From positions 32,001 to 96,000 of the forward strand of contig CAVVUS010000021.1 of the NCBI GenBank assembly GCA_963751345.1: a stretch of 64,000 nucleotides of DNA. Direction: 5' to 3'. Shown here one piece after another: positions 11,514 to 23,129 of this stretch. The notes beneath the pieces were generated by a model. The model did no database searches. It was not told where the DNA came from and saw only the letters and a list, made by a program, of their open reading frames with translations. Every line of letters starts with the position of its first letter. The first letter of the stretch is position 1. The translations under genes were made by a program, and so were the position numbers. Source of the stretch: an uncultured Chloroflexia bacterium (GTDB lineage Bacteria > Chloroflexota > Anaerolineae > B4-G1 > SLSP01).

Positions 11514-11804
11514 TCACGCCTCCCCAGTTTCGTCGCAGCCGTCGCCATTCGACTCTTCACGCGTGCACACACGCGTGTAGATGAACGCCAGGACGAATGC
11601 CAGACCAATCAACCCCATACCATAGACAACGGCCAAGTTGAGTCCCAGGAATACGGTGCGCTCCATTGCCAGGGGAGAAACCACGTTGACCAGGACGAAT
11701 CCCCCGTAGACAAGAGCATAGAGCAAGAACATCTGAACGCCCACGCGCACTTTGTAGCCGATCGCGCGGTCCTCGCCCGCAGGCTGAGCCGGTTCATGAA
11801 GCAT
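11514..11804 (-). CDS. DUF485 (YjcH-like) small membrane partner of ActP
   Basis: Two TM helices, GLNLAVVYG, directly upstream of actP; GGAGG RBS. Confidence 0.8.
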   Translation of the reverse strand: MLHEPAQPAGEDRAIGYKVRVGVQMFLLYALVYGGFVLVNVVSPLAMERTVFLGLNLAVVYGMGLIGLAFVLAFIYTRVCTREESNGDGCDETGEA

Positions 11805-11988
11805 GAGGAAACCTCCCATCAAGACACTAGGTGGAAGAAGGACGACACCTGCAATGCATGGCCGCAGTGAGGGGCTTCGACGCAGCGCAGCGGGGAGGTC
11901 CCAACGCATCAGCTCAACAGGTGCTTATGCCAATATAACATACATTCGGCGCCGCACAACAGACACTTGTCACCTGTGTAAGAGTGGA

Positions 11989-13215
11989 TCACCGCATAGC
12001 CGTCTCAATGAACGCCGCATAATCGTCGATCGAGGCGTAGTCGCTCGTGGTGTCGTAGAGTTGGTCGTCAAAGGCCCAGAAGAGGCCGGTGAGGCCAAAC
12101 GCCTCCAGCCGGTCAAAGCATAGCTGCATATCGTCGACGGTGCCCTGCCCCGTGTTCTCGCCCCAGACCTGGAGCGCGGGTCTGTGATCCCCGGCAAGTT
12201 GTGCCAGGTAATGCACGGGACTCCACCGCGTCGGATCGTCACCGGCATCATCGCCGAGGGTCGGCGACGTGTCCAGCCACGTCGTGTAGACGATGACCTT
12301 GGAATCCTTCAAGTTGGCGACATGCCGCGCAAAGTCGTGACCACGCTGGATCTCCCCGTTCTGCTCGGGCGAAGTGAAGCCGCTCAGATCCCTGGAGATC
12401 GCGGCGTCGAGCTGGCCAGGGCGTAGGCCCCACGAGGGGTAGAGCACGGCAAGCGGGCCCTTGAAGTCGCGGCGGACGGTCGCAATCTGCCAGTTCTGAT
12501 AGTCCGACATCGCATCGAGATACCACGCAGCAAACTGGCGGGCCGATTCGTGGTCCTGGCTCGCCGTGCCGGGGATCCATCCGGGCACCGGGTTGGGCGT
12601 GAGCGTCGCTGCCAGGCCGGGTACCCGGCCCTGGGCTACGTCGCCGAAGGCCCAGTAGGCGTTCACGCGATCGGCATAGTCGTTGATCGGGTAGGAAAGC
12701 TCGCCATAGAAGCCCCAGCCGAGACGAACAGCGTAGAAGTCGTTGCCCAGTTCCTGGAACACGCGCGCCGCGTAGGCCGCCTGAAGATCGCGGATCTGCT
12801 GGTTGAAGACCGCATTCAGTCCATTGGCACCGGGCCGGTCGTCGACGTAGGCGTCCCCGTATTGATTGACGTAGCGGCTGTTCGGGAGATCGAACGCCCA
12901 TGCCGGCGGATATTGGATGCCGAGGCTTAGCACGATCTGCATCCCGGCATCACGAAGGGCCGCCAGGTCGCCCCGCGCCTGGTCAAACTGGGCCGCATCA
13001 AAGCGGTCCGGTGCAGGCTGAAGCCGGTCCCAATAGACCTCATAGGTCACGGCCCGGAGACCGGCCGCGTAGTCGGATTCAGCGTGATCGACTCGGCTCG
13101 CGACGGTGCCAAAGATCGGGCTGGCGGTCGCCCTGTGGTCGAGACAACCGGCCATCAAGACAACGACCGCCACACCGGCCAGCAGCAGAACCCGGGTACG
13201 CCCTCCGGCCTTCAC
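11989..13215 (-). CDS. TIM-barrel glycoside hydrolase lipoprotein (beta-amylase GH14-like / GH42-like)
   Basis: Lipobox LMAGC; WDRLQP; GELSYP and WGENTG resemble the beta-amylase catalytic Glu motifs GELRYP and GENAL. Confidence 0.65.
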   Translation of the reverse strand: MKAGGRTRVLLLAGVAVVVLMAGCLDHRATASPIFGTVASRVDHAESDYAAGLRAVTYEVYWDRLQPAPDRFDAAQFDQARGDLAALRDAGMQIVLSLGIQYPPAWAFDLPNSRYVNQYGDAYVDDRPGANGLNAVFNQQIRDLQAAYAARVFQELGNDFYAVRLGWGFYGELSYPINDYADRVNAYWAFGDVAQGRVPGLAATLTPNPVPGWIPGTASQDHESARQFAAWYLDAMSDYQNWQIATVRRDFKGPLAVLYPSWGLRPGQLDAAISRDLSGFTSPEQNGEIQRGHDFARHVANLKDSKVIVYTTWLDTSPTLGDDAGDDPTRWSPVHYLAQLAGDHRPALQVWGENTGQGTVDDMQLCFDRLEAFGLTGLFWAFDDQLYDTTSDYASIDDYAAFIETAMR

Positions 13216-13218
13216 CGA

Positions 13219-14489
13219 TCAGGCCCAACCCAAGGTGCGGAACGCACCCAGCGGGCACGTGACGGTGCACATATAGACGGGGTTCTGCCGGTGTCCGCCG
13301 TCGGGATGCATGCACTCCCACGGTGCACCGAAATCTGCGCCCTGGCGATAGTCGCCCTTGCTGAGGTCCGTCACGAAGTCGATGGCCAACTCGCGCACTA
13401 TGCTCGCGTCCAAGCGCACCACCGCGGCGCAGACCCAACCGACCGGGGTGCCCCAATAGGCGCCGTTCTGATAGCGGTTCTTGGGCCGGCCATCGACCAC
13501 GCGCTCCCACGCCGTGGTAGCACTGTAGTCACCATCGGTGGGCACGTGGCGGATGTTGCCGTGCCAGGCGATGGTTCCTGCCCTTAGCGAATCGAGCAGC
13601 GCAGCACTAACGGTTCGGGCCGCCGACTCGGGAAGCAGATCGGCGTACACGGCGAACGCCGAGCCCCAGACATCGGGCTGCGCGCTCGTTCCGGTGCTCG
13701 CCCGCAGCAACCCACGACCGTCTCCGAACGTGTCGGGGATCGATCCCGCGACCTTAGCAGCGATCCCCTCGTACCGGTCTGCGCTCTGGGCATCTCCCAC
13801 TCGGCGATAGAGATCCACCATTCGCCGCGCTGCGCGCTCGCGCAACAGCGAGCAGAACAAGAGCTTTCCTGTGTGCACAACGATGTCCGTGAACCCAAAG
13901 GAGACGCCGCGATCTTCCGCGTCGCAGATCACGAGCCCGGTCTCGCCGTCGGTCCTCGGCACCCAGAACGCGAGGGCCAGGCGGTCGATCAGCCGGCACC
14001 CCTCCGATCTCAGCGTTCAGGAGATCCTCCCGCCCACAGGTGACGGCGACGTACCACGCCATCTCGATGAAGTAGTAGTGGTCGTCCAGCGACGGATAGT
14101 ACCCCCACGGCTGCCCCTGGCCCTCGACGTCATCAAGCGTGCCGGGGTAGAAGATAGCCTGACCATCAAAGGTGATGTGGTCGGCGATGGCACCGCGGGG
14201 CACGAAGCTGCCGGTGGGCAGCAAGCGATCCTCGGCAGCCTGAAGCTGCGCCGTGAGCAGCAGCGCGTGGATCGCCTCGTCGGGCCGAAATCAGACCGCT
14301 GCTCAGCGACATAGCAAAGTCGCGGATCCAGAAAGCCGGGTAGCAGTCGCGCCCACCGGGGCGAATCAACGTGCCGCCCGTGGCATTCGGCCCGTGGCCG
14401 GCCACACTCTCGCCCGGCTGCACGCGCGACGCCTCGACGACGGCTGCCGCCAGGTGCTCCAAATCCTGCATAGCTTGCATCAGAAACAT
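13219..14489 (-). CDS. Six-hairpin glycosidase-like protein, two frameshifts
   Basis: Three ORF pieces join; CYPAFWIRDF near the N-terminus and YQNGAYW near the C-terminus; GGAGG RBS. Confidence 0.65.
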
Positions 14490-14969
14490 CGTGACCTCCA
14501 GGTCAGGTTCAGATAAGAGCGCATGAAAGGACATCGGCGGCTAGCCGTGGTTCTCAACAGCTTCTCAGTAACATCGTATAAGATGCAGTCCATAACAACC
14601 TGTCGGAGAAGATCAGACATTATGAACCAAATCTCAAAGCAGTTTCTACCAAAGATATCTGCCCCGGAGGCTCTGTCAATCCAGGGGCTGAAGCAGCGGG
14701 TGCTATCGACGGTGGAAATGGCCGTTGACACCTCAGCACCGGGCGATGATGGCCGCGCCGATCGCCGCGATGGTTGCCGCTGGCGTTTGGGTATCTACCG
14801 CGTGCACGCGGGTCGAGGGTTTCGAGACGTCCACCCAGAACTCAGTCGCGCCGGGATGGCACGCAGGGCGACGCGCACGCTCCACCGGCTTCGGAGCGAT
14901 GCAGGTGGAGTTATACGACTGCGGCTAAGCGTGAGGACCGCCAATGAGATGCGGGCCTCATAGGTCGCG

Positions 14970-15446
14970 TCATCGATCGGAAGCCACCAACTCGGTGCCG
15001 CAGCTCGAGCACCGCGCGATCGACCTGAGGTAGGATAGGCCGCACGCAGGACAGGTCTTGACGCCCTCACCCGCGGCGACCTCGACCGTATGCGCTGCGC
15101 TGGCCTCGTGGATGCCCTCGTTGAGCAGCTTCTGCCTGGCCATCTGCAGCGGCATGCCCGATTCCAGATCGCGGCGGACGGTAGCGGTCAGACGGGCGAT
15201 CTCTGTCGGCTCGGGAGGTGGGCCGGGCAGGTGGGTCAGCACCTCAGGCGTGTAAGCCCGACGGCAGGTCTGGCACTCGATGAGTTCCCCGTGGTCCTTG
15301 ATGCGGAAGAGCGGAATGAAGAAAAGGGTGAAATAGGTGCCGACCTTTTTCCGCACGTACGCTCGCTCCACGCCGCAATACGGACAGACGAAGGTGCCCC
15401 TGTCAACTTCGACCTCGCGGCTGTTGGTGCCAAAGATGATGATCAT
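14970..15446 (-). CDS. Zinc-ribbon domain protein
   Basis: MIIIFG, CPYC, YFTLFFIPLF, CQTC, plus a second CPAC/CSSC ribbon. Confidence 0.8.
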   Translation of the reverse strand: MIIIFGTNSREVEVDRGTFVCPYCGVERAYVRKKVGTYFTLFFIPLFRIKDHGELIECQTCRRAYTPEVLTHLPGPPPEPTEIARLTATVRRDLESGMPLQMARQKLLNEGIHEASAAHTVEVAAGEGVKTCPACGLSYLRSIARCSSCGTELVASDR

Positions 15447-15472
15447 GTCCGAAGCAGTGCGGGCCGCAGGCG

Positions 15473-15916
15473 CTAGCGTGCGCCAATGGCGGTGAGGAGC
15501 ACGCCCAGACCGGCCAGAATCAGGAGGATCGGCAGCATCAACGTCCAACTCAGGCCGAGAAGAAAGGTTAGCGCCACCATCGTCATCGCCAGCCCCCCGA
15601 TGAATAAGCCGGTGACCAGGCCGTTGATGCGATGGCCGTTGTCCGCGTACGCGCGCCCCCCCCGGACAAACGAATCGATGGCCGGAATCAGGATGAAGAG
15701 CGCCCACCAGTTCTGTAGTGCAGGCACATTGACGCCCATGCTCTCCACCAGAGAGACGATGCCGGCAACGATCAGGATCAGTCCCCAAAGCCACGGACTC
15801 GTCCAATGCCGCCCTCTGCGATAACGGCGGTATCGCTCCCGGCCCCACGCTCGATCTTGCTCCTGCTGTTCCTCAGGTTGCGATTGCTCCTCAAAAGGCG
15901 AGACGTCGTTGGTCAT
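15473..15916 (-). CDS. LiaF/DUF5668-like membrane protein
   Basis: WGLILIVAG, NWWALFILIPA, PILLILAGL; GGAGG RBS. Confidence 0.7.
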   Translation of the reverse strand: MTNDVSPFEEQSQPEEQQEQDRAWGRERYRRYRRGRHWTSPWLWGLILIVAGIVSLVESMGVNVPALQNWWALFILIPAIDSFVRGGRAYADNGHRINGLVTGLFIGGLAMTMVALTFLLGLSWTLMLPILLILAGLGVLLTAIGAR

Positions 15917-16321
15917 GGTCCCCTCCCTGTCGAATGGACTTGATCCTATGATGATGCGGCCGATCAGACGTTACCGCACGTTGGCACGTCGGCGCGCTAG
16001 TGAGCGGGCCCGAACTTGCCATAGGGCAGCATACCCACTGCCGCGCGCACCCCGGCACCCTCGGTCTGCTCGACCACATGGTGCCAACAGGCCTCGATGG
16101 AGCGGAAGGCCCGTCGGGATGCGCAGCTAAACTGTCGCATTCCCTCGCCAGGACGACTGCGCTACACTCGGAATACAGGATTGTTGTGCTTAGCCAATGT
16201 ATCAGAGATCGGGCGGAGATGCAAACCGATTTGTCGCCGCGCCGATCGTCGTCTGCACCGCGGGATCGTCTTCCCCCGTGAGTGCTCCCCGCACCAACCG
16301 TATCCACACCGGACCCGGCCA

Positions 16322-17098
16322 TCAAGGGCCCTGGATCAGCCGCAGCACCTCAGGGAGCAGCGCCTGCGTGGTCGAAAGGGCCTCGCCACCGTGGATGGTG
16401 GAGTTGCCGGACCAGTCACCGAAATAGCCACCCGCCTCGCGAAGGATCGGCGGGAAAGGGCCGCAGTCCCACACGCTGACGATGGGGTCGAGCATCAGCT
16501 CGGTGCGCCCGGTCGCCACCAGAGCGTGACCATAGGCATCGCCCCACCCCGCGCGGAAGGTCGCCGTCTTCTGGAAGCGCTGCCATGCGGGACCGCGCCC
16601 ATATGGCTCGAAGTTGGCCAGGTCGGTGAAGGTGACGCATCCCTGACTGAGGCTGTCCACCTGGGAGACGTGCGACCTACGCCCATTCCACCAGCAACCC
16701 TCCCCGGTAGCTGCTCCCACCATCATTTCCAGCGCAGGAAAGTACGCCACGCCGACCTCGACCGAGCCCTCGATCTCCAGCCCAATCAGGACGGCGTAGA
16801 GGGGCACCCCACGGATGAAGGATTTGGTCCCATCGATAGGGTCCACGAACCAGCGATGCGTGGCATCGCCCCGGTCCTCCGTGCCGTACTCCTCCCCTAC
16901 GATGGCGTGCGTCGGGAAGCGCTGCTCGATGCGCGAGCGGATCAGCCGCTCCGACTCCCGGTCGGCCACGGTGACCGGCGTGTCATCGGCCTTGATGTCG
17001 GGACGGATGCCGGTCTGGAAGTAGCCCAGCGTCAGCCGGCCGGCGAGATAGGCCGACTCAACGGCGAAGTCAAGATAAGCGCGATAAGAAACCGACAT
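16322..17098 (-). CDS. hisN: Inositol monophosphatase family, histidinol-phosphatase HisN-like
   Basis: KADDTPVTVADRE, GEE, WFVDPIDGTKSF, WDCGP...EAGG. Confidence 0.8.
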   Translation of the reverse strand: MSVSYRAYLDFAVESAYLAGRLTLGYFQTGIRPDIKADDTPVTVADRESERLIRSRIEQRFPTHAIVGEEYGTEDRGDATHRWFVDPIDGTKSFIRGVPLYAVLIGLEIEGSVEVGVAYFPALEMMVGAATGEGCWWNGRRSHVSQVDSLSQGCVTFTDLANFEPYGRGPAWQRFQKTATFRAGWGDAYGHALVATGRTELMLDPIVSVWDCGPFPPILREAGGYFGDWSGNSTIHGGEALSTTQALLPEVLRLIQGP

Positions 17099-17107
17099 AG
17101 AACTCCT

Positions 17108-17755
17108 TTACCGGACCATACGCAAGGCCGGGATCAGCAAGAGCCACGAGAACCTGGCCAGGGCCGAATCGATGAACGCGATGCCGATGGAAAGCAGGAA
17201 GACGCCTGCCGTCGACCAAGGGGCCGATCAGTTCCCGCCGTCGCTGTCGAGCGACAGATGCTCGTCGACCAGTTGGCCCGCGGCCAGACGCATGCCGCCA
17301 GAGCGCCGCCGATAATAAGGCCCGGCGACGAGCATCGTCAACGCATAGAGAATCGTGGCAGTCCGTGGTTCCCGATTCGCTAAGCACCGCCGTCGGAAAC
17401 GGCACGAACGCAACGTCCATCAACAGGAACAGATTCAACCACATAAGCCATCTGTCCACGTGCACGATAGCAGCGAACTTGCGATGGTGTCCCGTCCAGA
17501 AGAGCCCGATCACGAGGAAACTGATCACGTAACCCATGTATTGGTGCCAAATTGAGAGCAAGCCACGCATTAGGTCGGCGTCAGAGCCCATATCGATCGT
17601 GGTCGGGAGACGGATATCCAGGGCCAGAAGCGTGATCGCGATAGCAAAGACGGCGTCGCTGAAGAATACCAGGCGCTCGACGCCGTAGATGTCCTCAACG
17701 GGCACTTCCGCGGTTTGGGGGACGAGGCATCCTTGGCGCCTGGTCGCCTGGCCAT
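17108..17755 (-). CDS. TMEM175 (DUF1211) potassium channel, frameshifted
   Basis: RLVFFSDAVFAIAITLLAL signature, YVISFLVIGLFW, FVPFPT. Confidence 0.85.
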
Positions 17756-17756
17756 C

Positions 17757-18151
<395 letters not shown>

Positions 18152-18183
18152 TCGTAGCGATCATAGGTTCGCCCCCCTCTCAG

Positions 18184-19308
18184 CTAAATAAGTCGTGCCT
18201 TGGTCACCGCCGCTTCGTAGTCTGCCTCGCCGAGCACCGCACGCAGCATCGCGAGGACGTTCTCGGGCGGAGTGCCCATCTGGATAGCGTGCGTTGGCGC
18301 CGCTATGTAGCCACCGCCCTCCCCAAAGACGTCGATCAGGTTCCGGCACTCGGCGAAGACCGTCGCCTCGTCTGCATTGGGCAGCAAGGACTGGACGGCA
18401 ATGCCGCCGTGGAAGGCGAGCCGGTCGCCATAGGCCGCCTTGAGCCGTTCCGGCGCCATGCCATCGGCGTCGGTCTGGACGGCCTCCAACACCTCGACCC
18501 CGGCCTCCATCAAGTCCGGCAGGATATCGAAGACCGCGCCGTCGCTGTGGTACATCACGGCGGCACCGGGCGCCAGCCGCTTGCCGAGCTAAAGAGCCGT
18601 GGCGTGGGAGGGCATCAATACCTCACGGTAGGTGCGCCTCGACATCAGCAGCTTCCGCTGTCCACCGAGATCGTCCGCGAAGTAGAGGATGTCCACAAGG
18701 TCGGCCACCTCAGCGAGCGCCAGCGGCCATCGCGGTGGCGAAGTAGCTGGCGATCCGTCCAGTGCCGCCCGCACCAGCTCGGGGTTGAGCAGCACGTTGA
18801 CAAGCGACTCCTCCAGCCCGGTCATCCAGCAGTAGATCTCGAAGGGATTGCCGCACATACTGATGGAGAGCTTGGCAGCGCGATAGCGCGGCTCGCCCCG
18901 CGGGCCGCGGACCTCGTCGAGAACCCGCTCCCGAAACCCCGCGAAATCGTGGGCTGAGGGATCGGGCCACGGGACGTCGTCCAGCGCCGCAGGATCCGTC
19001 AGCCCCGCCAGAGGATAGTGAACGATCTCGTTGTAGGAACCGGTGCCGTACGACTGCGACCGGCGGCGGATTCCCCAGATGTCGGTGTCGGGCGGGAGCT
19101 CAGGGCCCACATAGGGTGGGGCGACGCCGCGAATGTCATCGACCTCGTCGCGCAGGGCCAGCCAATCCACACCACACCCGACAAGATAGTCCGCCAACAC
19201 ATCGGACATCTCAGCCGTCGGGCCGAAGTTCCACGAAAACGGCACGCGTCCGCCGTGCGGAGGTGGCTCGTGTCGCAGCGCGGTCAGAATCCGTTCGCGT
19301 GGCGTCAT
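18184..19308 (-). CDS. Uroporphyrinogen decarboxylase / MtaA-like family protein (copy 1), frameshifted
   Basis: MTPRERIL, DIWG, FADDLGGQ, YHSDG, FHGGI, GGYIAAPTH. Confidence 0.85.
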
Positions 19309-19348
19309 AGCTCTCAGTCGAATCCTCGCGCTGTGGTCACGCCCAAGG

Positions 19349-20461
19349 CTAGTCTCCGACAAACGGAGCCAAATCGTTGAGCTCCGTCCTACCGCCGAGA
19401 GCCACGATGGCCTCGTCGGGGACGCCGCTAAGCCGCAGCGGTCGGACGACGTTCTCAGCCAGGTCGGGCACGTAGGTCTTGAGGAGCGCACTGGGCTCCG
19501 TCGGCACGAACGTCACCATCCCCAGGTCAGCGGGGAGCAGCACCGTGTTCCCCGGTCTCAATACCTCCCGGCGGTCGCCATACACCACCGTGCAGGCACC
19601 CGAGATCAGCGAGAGCACGTAGAAGCGGCTCCCATCGCAGGTCAGCATCGTCGGTGCCATAAGGTCGAGCCGCTCCAGTGCGAAGTAGCGACAGGCAAAG
19701 ACGAAGGTGCGCGTGTTGGCGCCACCGCCAAGTGTCACTGGCGTGGTCTTGGCCTCGAAGCCCTCCTCGACATGGACGCCGGCCATCCTCTCCTCGACGG
19801 CCTGTTCCCGTTCCTCCGGAGACAGCGCCGGATCGGGCGCCCGCAGCCCGATGTAGACGTCCGAGTTCTGCATAATCTCATAGAAGAGCACGCCGCCCGC
19901 GGAATAGTGCATCGTACCGGCGTAGAGCAGAAACGCATCGCCGGGACTCACCTCGTACTCACGCATCAGGTCCTTGATCGTGCCCGCCAACAGCGCGTCG
20001 TGCACCATCGCGGGCGTCACACCGGACCGGTTGCCCACGCGGAGGGTCGCTCCTTCCCGCACGTTCAGCATGTACCAGGCCTCGGTCTTGCCAGGGTCCT
20101 GCAGACCCCGGGCAGCGGCCAACGCGTCGCTGTGATGCGCCTGCTCCGACAGCGTATTAGAGGCATCCAGGAACTTGATCAACAGGGGGAAACGCGTGCC
20201 ACAGCGCGCCACGACGTCGGTGCCGAGGAGGGTCTCGCCATAGGCGTCGATCAGCGCGTGCAGCGTCTGCCCGGTGAGCGGCCCATTGATCACCTCGCTG
20301 GACTCACCGGTCGGCCGGTCGCACACTTCCCACGTTTCTCCTACATGGTGAGGCGCATCGGGCAAGCCCGTCTTCTCATAGGCTTCGACGATCCACCGGT
20401 TGCCGAAACGGTAGTCGCGCAGGATCTCTCTGAAACGCAGCGGATACAAAGACTCGACCAT
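19349..20461 (-). CDS. manA: Class I mannose-6-phosphate isomerase-like cupin
   Basis: GETWEV, FPLLIKFLDA, LSEQAH, KTEAWY, GTMH, EIMQNSD. Confidence 0.8.
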   Translation of the reverse strand: MVESLYPLRFREILRDYRFGNRWIVEAYEKTGLPDAPHHVGETWEVCDRPTGESSEVINGPLTGQTLHALIDAYGETLLGTDVVARCGTRFPLLIKFLDASNTLSEQAHHSDALAAARGLQDPGKTEAWYMLNVREGATLRVGNRSGVTPAMVHDALLAGTIKDLMREYEVSPGDAFLLYAGTMHYSAGGVLFYEIMQNSDVYIGLRAPDPALSPEEREQAVEERMAGVHVEEGFEAKTTPVTLGGGANTRTFVFACRYFALERLDLMAPTMLTCDGSRFYVLSLISGACTVVYGDRREVLRPGNTVLLPADLGMVTFVPTEPSALLKTYVPDLAENVVRPLRLSGVPDEAIVALGGRTELNDLAPFVGD

Positions 20462-20482
20462 GTCTAGCTTCCGACTCCTCTC

Positions 20483-20857
20483 TTACGCCAGCTTCTCCGA
20501 GCCGCTATAGACCTCTTCAACACAGAGCACGGCTGCGGCATGCCCCGGACGCTCGCCGTTCCAGCACTTCATATCCCGGTAATAAGCACCGTCGGTATCG
20601 TAGTCAATCGAGCCCTTGATCTGGTACGACTTCCCTTCCTTCGTGATAAAAAGGAGCGACCCTCTGCTGCCTTCCTGAATGTTTGCCTTCGTCTTTGAGA
20701 AATAGTTGTCGGCGACGACCAGGTGCTCGTCGTCGAACTTGCTGATGCAGGTAGCGTAGATGGCGTTGGGCATCCCGCTCTCGTTCACGGTGGTCAATAC
20801 GATGGGGCCGTCGCGGTTCTCCCAGGCTTGTAGTACGGCGTCAGGCAACTTGGTCAC
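20483..20857 (-). CDS. Pyridoxamine 5'-phosphate oxidase-like FMN-binding protein
   Basis: LTTVNESGMPN, ADNYFSKTKANI, SYQIKG; AAGGAG RBS. Confidence 0.85.
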   Translation of the reverse strand: MTKLPDAVLQAWENRDGPIVLTTVNESGMPNAIYATCISKFDDEHLVVADNYFSKTKANIQEGSRGSLLFITKEGKSYQIKGSIDYDTDGAYYRDMKCWNGERPGHAAAVLCVEEVYSGSEKLA

Positions 20858-20960
20858 TTCATGCTCCTTCTTGGATGAAGACAGATTGTGTGTGGCACTC
20901 TACGTCAAAACTCGCGAATTCTGCAACGGGCTCCGCCGGTCCGGCCGCGGGACGGCACGT

Positions 20961-22100
20961 CTAGAGGACGTCCAACCGGACAGTGACATCGAGGAACCGG
21001 CTCAGATCGCGCCCCTCCTCTTCGAGGGCCAGGATTGTCGCGGGCTCCAACGGCTCGAAAGGCGTGACCTCGACGGTGACACCCCGTGTCCGTCGCACCA
21101 GGCGCCATATGCCTGCCGCAATTCCATCCACCAGAACCACCGGACGGATCATGCCGCCGCCTCGGTTGACCTCCCGGTCGTATTCCGGCGGGACGATCCA
21201 ACTGCGATCGCGGTAACCGAGCATCGTCTGGTCAAACGCGGAAAGTAAGATCGCCCGCGCCGGGTCTCCTCTTTCTCCAACAGACGCAGCCCCAGATTCG
21301 CGAGGCATCCAGACGCGCACGTCCCCGTAGTGCAACTCGACAAGCCGATCCGCAACCGTGGCAAACCCGGATCGGCTCTCCCGTATACCAAGTCCCGACC
21401 ACGCAGCGAAATCCTCAACGCCGGCAGGACCGAAGGCAGCAAGATACCGCAGGACAAGCCGGCCCAGGGCGGTCTCCTTGTCGAGAGTGAAGGAATCTGC
21501 CGTCACCCACTCGTCAAACAAGACGTAGGTCGGCTCCGCCCCTTGGTCCGGACCAAGACAGACGATGCGCTCCAGCGCCGCGCGGCGAACGATGGATGCA
21601 ATGGCCTGGCCCGCAACCGGAATGTCTCGTCGGGCGAGCTTCTCTGCCAGGACGCTGCGGATGAGTGGTCCCTCGGCCCCCAGGACCTCGCGGATGGCGT
21701 CCACCGCGTGTCCGTACGTTTCCTCGCTAAGCCCAAGTTGGGCCGATCGCCGCCGGCTTTGGCGGATCATCGTGGGGGCCAGAAGATCGAGGAGCCAATG
21801 TACGTCCTCCGTCGCCACCAGATGAAGCGTCCCGCGCATACACCAGGTGCGCACGAACGACCTCGCCGTGACACGGGCGTCCTCGACATCCACTGCCGTC
21901 ACGCCCTCCGTCCTTGGCCGAACTGCCAGGACCGCCGCGGCACGATCCTGCGCCTGGATACCGCAGAGGTGGTGCACGAGGCCCGCTGCAACACGCGGAA
22001 GGTCGGCCACATCCCGGGACCGGCCCGACGCTTCGGGGATGAGACGCTGAGAACGCAGCCTCAGTCGGCGAAGGTCCTCAGCGTCTACGCTCGCTGCCAT
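20961..22100 (-). CDS. HTH_42 / AlkZ-family DNA glycosylase
   Basis: GIQAQD (QxQ), RTWCMRGTLHLV, RYLAAFGPA, DFAAWSGL, VLVDG..AGIW; GAGGA RBS before ATG 22100. Confidence 0.85.
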   Translation of the reverse strand: MAASVDAEDLRRLRLRSQRLIPEASGRSRDVADLPRVAAGLVHHLCGIQAQDRAAAVLAVRPRTEGVTAVDVEDARVTARSFVRTWCMRGTLHLVATEDVHWLLDLLAPTMIRQSRRRSAQLGLSEETYGHAVDAIREVLGAEGPLIRSVLAEKLARRDIPVAGQAIASIVRRAALERIVCLGPDQGAEPTYVLFDEWVTADSFTLDKETALGRLVLRYLAAFGPAGVEDFAAWSGLGIRESRSGFATVADRLVELHYGDVRVWMPRESGAASVGERGDPARAILLSAFDQTMLGYRDRSWIVPPEYDREVNRGGGMIRPVVLVDGIAAGIWRLVRRTRGVTVEVTPFEPLEPATILALEEEGRDLSRFLDVTVRLDVL

Positions 22101-23129
22101 CGCCGTCCTCTGCCGCCGGCGCCGGCCCAGCAGGACGGCAATGAGGGCCGTAGCTGCCACCACGACGCCACCTGCCAACAGCTTCAATCGCTTCAGATCG
22201 CCGCGAATACCGACCTCCGACGGCCGGCCATCGGCCGACACGTAACGCGCGACGGCGAGCTTGAGGAGGGCATTGGCTGCACCGGGGGCCAGGCGTCCGG
22301 CCAGGACCATGAGGCGATCGCGGAGCGTCTGCGAGGTGCCTGTGCTCCTTCCCGTACGGACTGCCTCCCAAATCTCCTCCGCCACACGCTCCGGCGGGAT
22401 CGCTGCAGCCATGTCGGCCTGCGCCACCAGGCTGTCCAGGGAAGCCCCCAGGCCGGAGGTGCGCGTATGGGGCCCAAAGCCGGTATCGGTCAGTCCCGGC
22501 ATAACCTTGACCACAGCAATATCGTCGCGGCACAGCTCGATCGCGGCAGCGTCTGAAAGGTATCCCAACGCGGCCTTACTGGCGCCATACCCCCCCACAT
22601 ACGGCACGGGCAGCGCCTGGGCAATCGACGAGACGTTGACGATCACGCCTCTGAGCGGTCTACCGCCTCGGCCAGGCTTACGCACGGGCTGCGGCGCATG
22701 CCAGTGCTGGCGCACGCCGGTATTCTGGCGCACGCCAGTACTCTGCGCATGATTTGCACCACGCCCTGTATCATAGCCACCGGCGCCAGCACGTTCAGCT
22801 GCATCACGTACTCGAGATCCTCAAGGTCGAGCGTCTCCACCGTCCCCGAGAGCCCCACGCCGGCGTTGTTGACGAGTGCATCGACCCGTCCGAACACCTC
22901 ACACGTCATCGAGACCAGACGGGACCGGTCCTCGGGCTTGGTCACGTCGGTGGGGACCACGAGTGCCGTCCCGCCCCTGGGCTTGGATCTCTCCCGCAAT
23001 CCGGTCGAGACTCTCCGTGGAACGGGCAGCAAGGACGACGGCCCAGCCACGCGTGCCGAACAAGCGGGCCGCGGCCTCCCCTATACCTCCACTGGCGCCC
23101 GTGATGATGACCACCGGCTTCCGTTCCAT
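22078..23129 (-). CDS. Short-chain dehydrogenase/reductase with C-terminal TM helix, frameshifted
   Basis: ITGASGGIG, LVNNAG, IVNVSS, YGASK. Confidence 0.85.
22695..22751 (-). repeat. Degenerate ~18-bp tandem repeat inside the SDR gene
   Basis: CTGGCGCACGCCGGTA / CTGGCGCACGCCAGTA plus flanking partial copies, encoding about three RQ(S/N)TG(V/M) units. Confidence 0.6.

Noticed and set aside
14490-14969. AT-richer gap with short ORFs; possible riboswitch leader
   Set aside because: No riboswitch consensus recognised, only a weak TTGACA-16-TATCTT match, and the ORFs lack protein-like features.
15917-16321. 400-nt intergenic region with overlapping short ORFs
   Set aside because: No RBS-supported ORF, repeat or stable structure recognised.
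20961-22733. Apparent SDR-AlkZ fusion (590 aa)
   Set aside because: AlkZ has its own RBS and ATG at 22100, and an alternative frame ends the SDR at 22078. Given the indel rate, a fusion is unsupported without reads.
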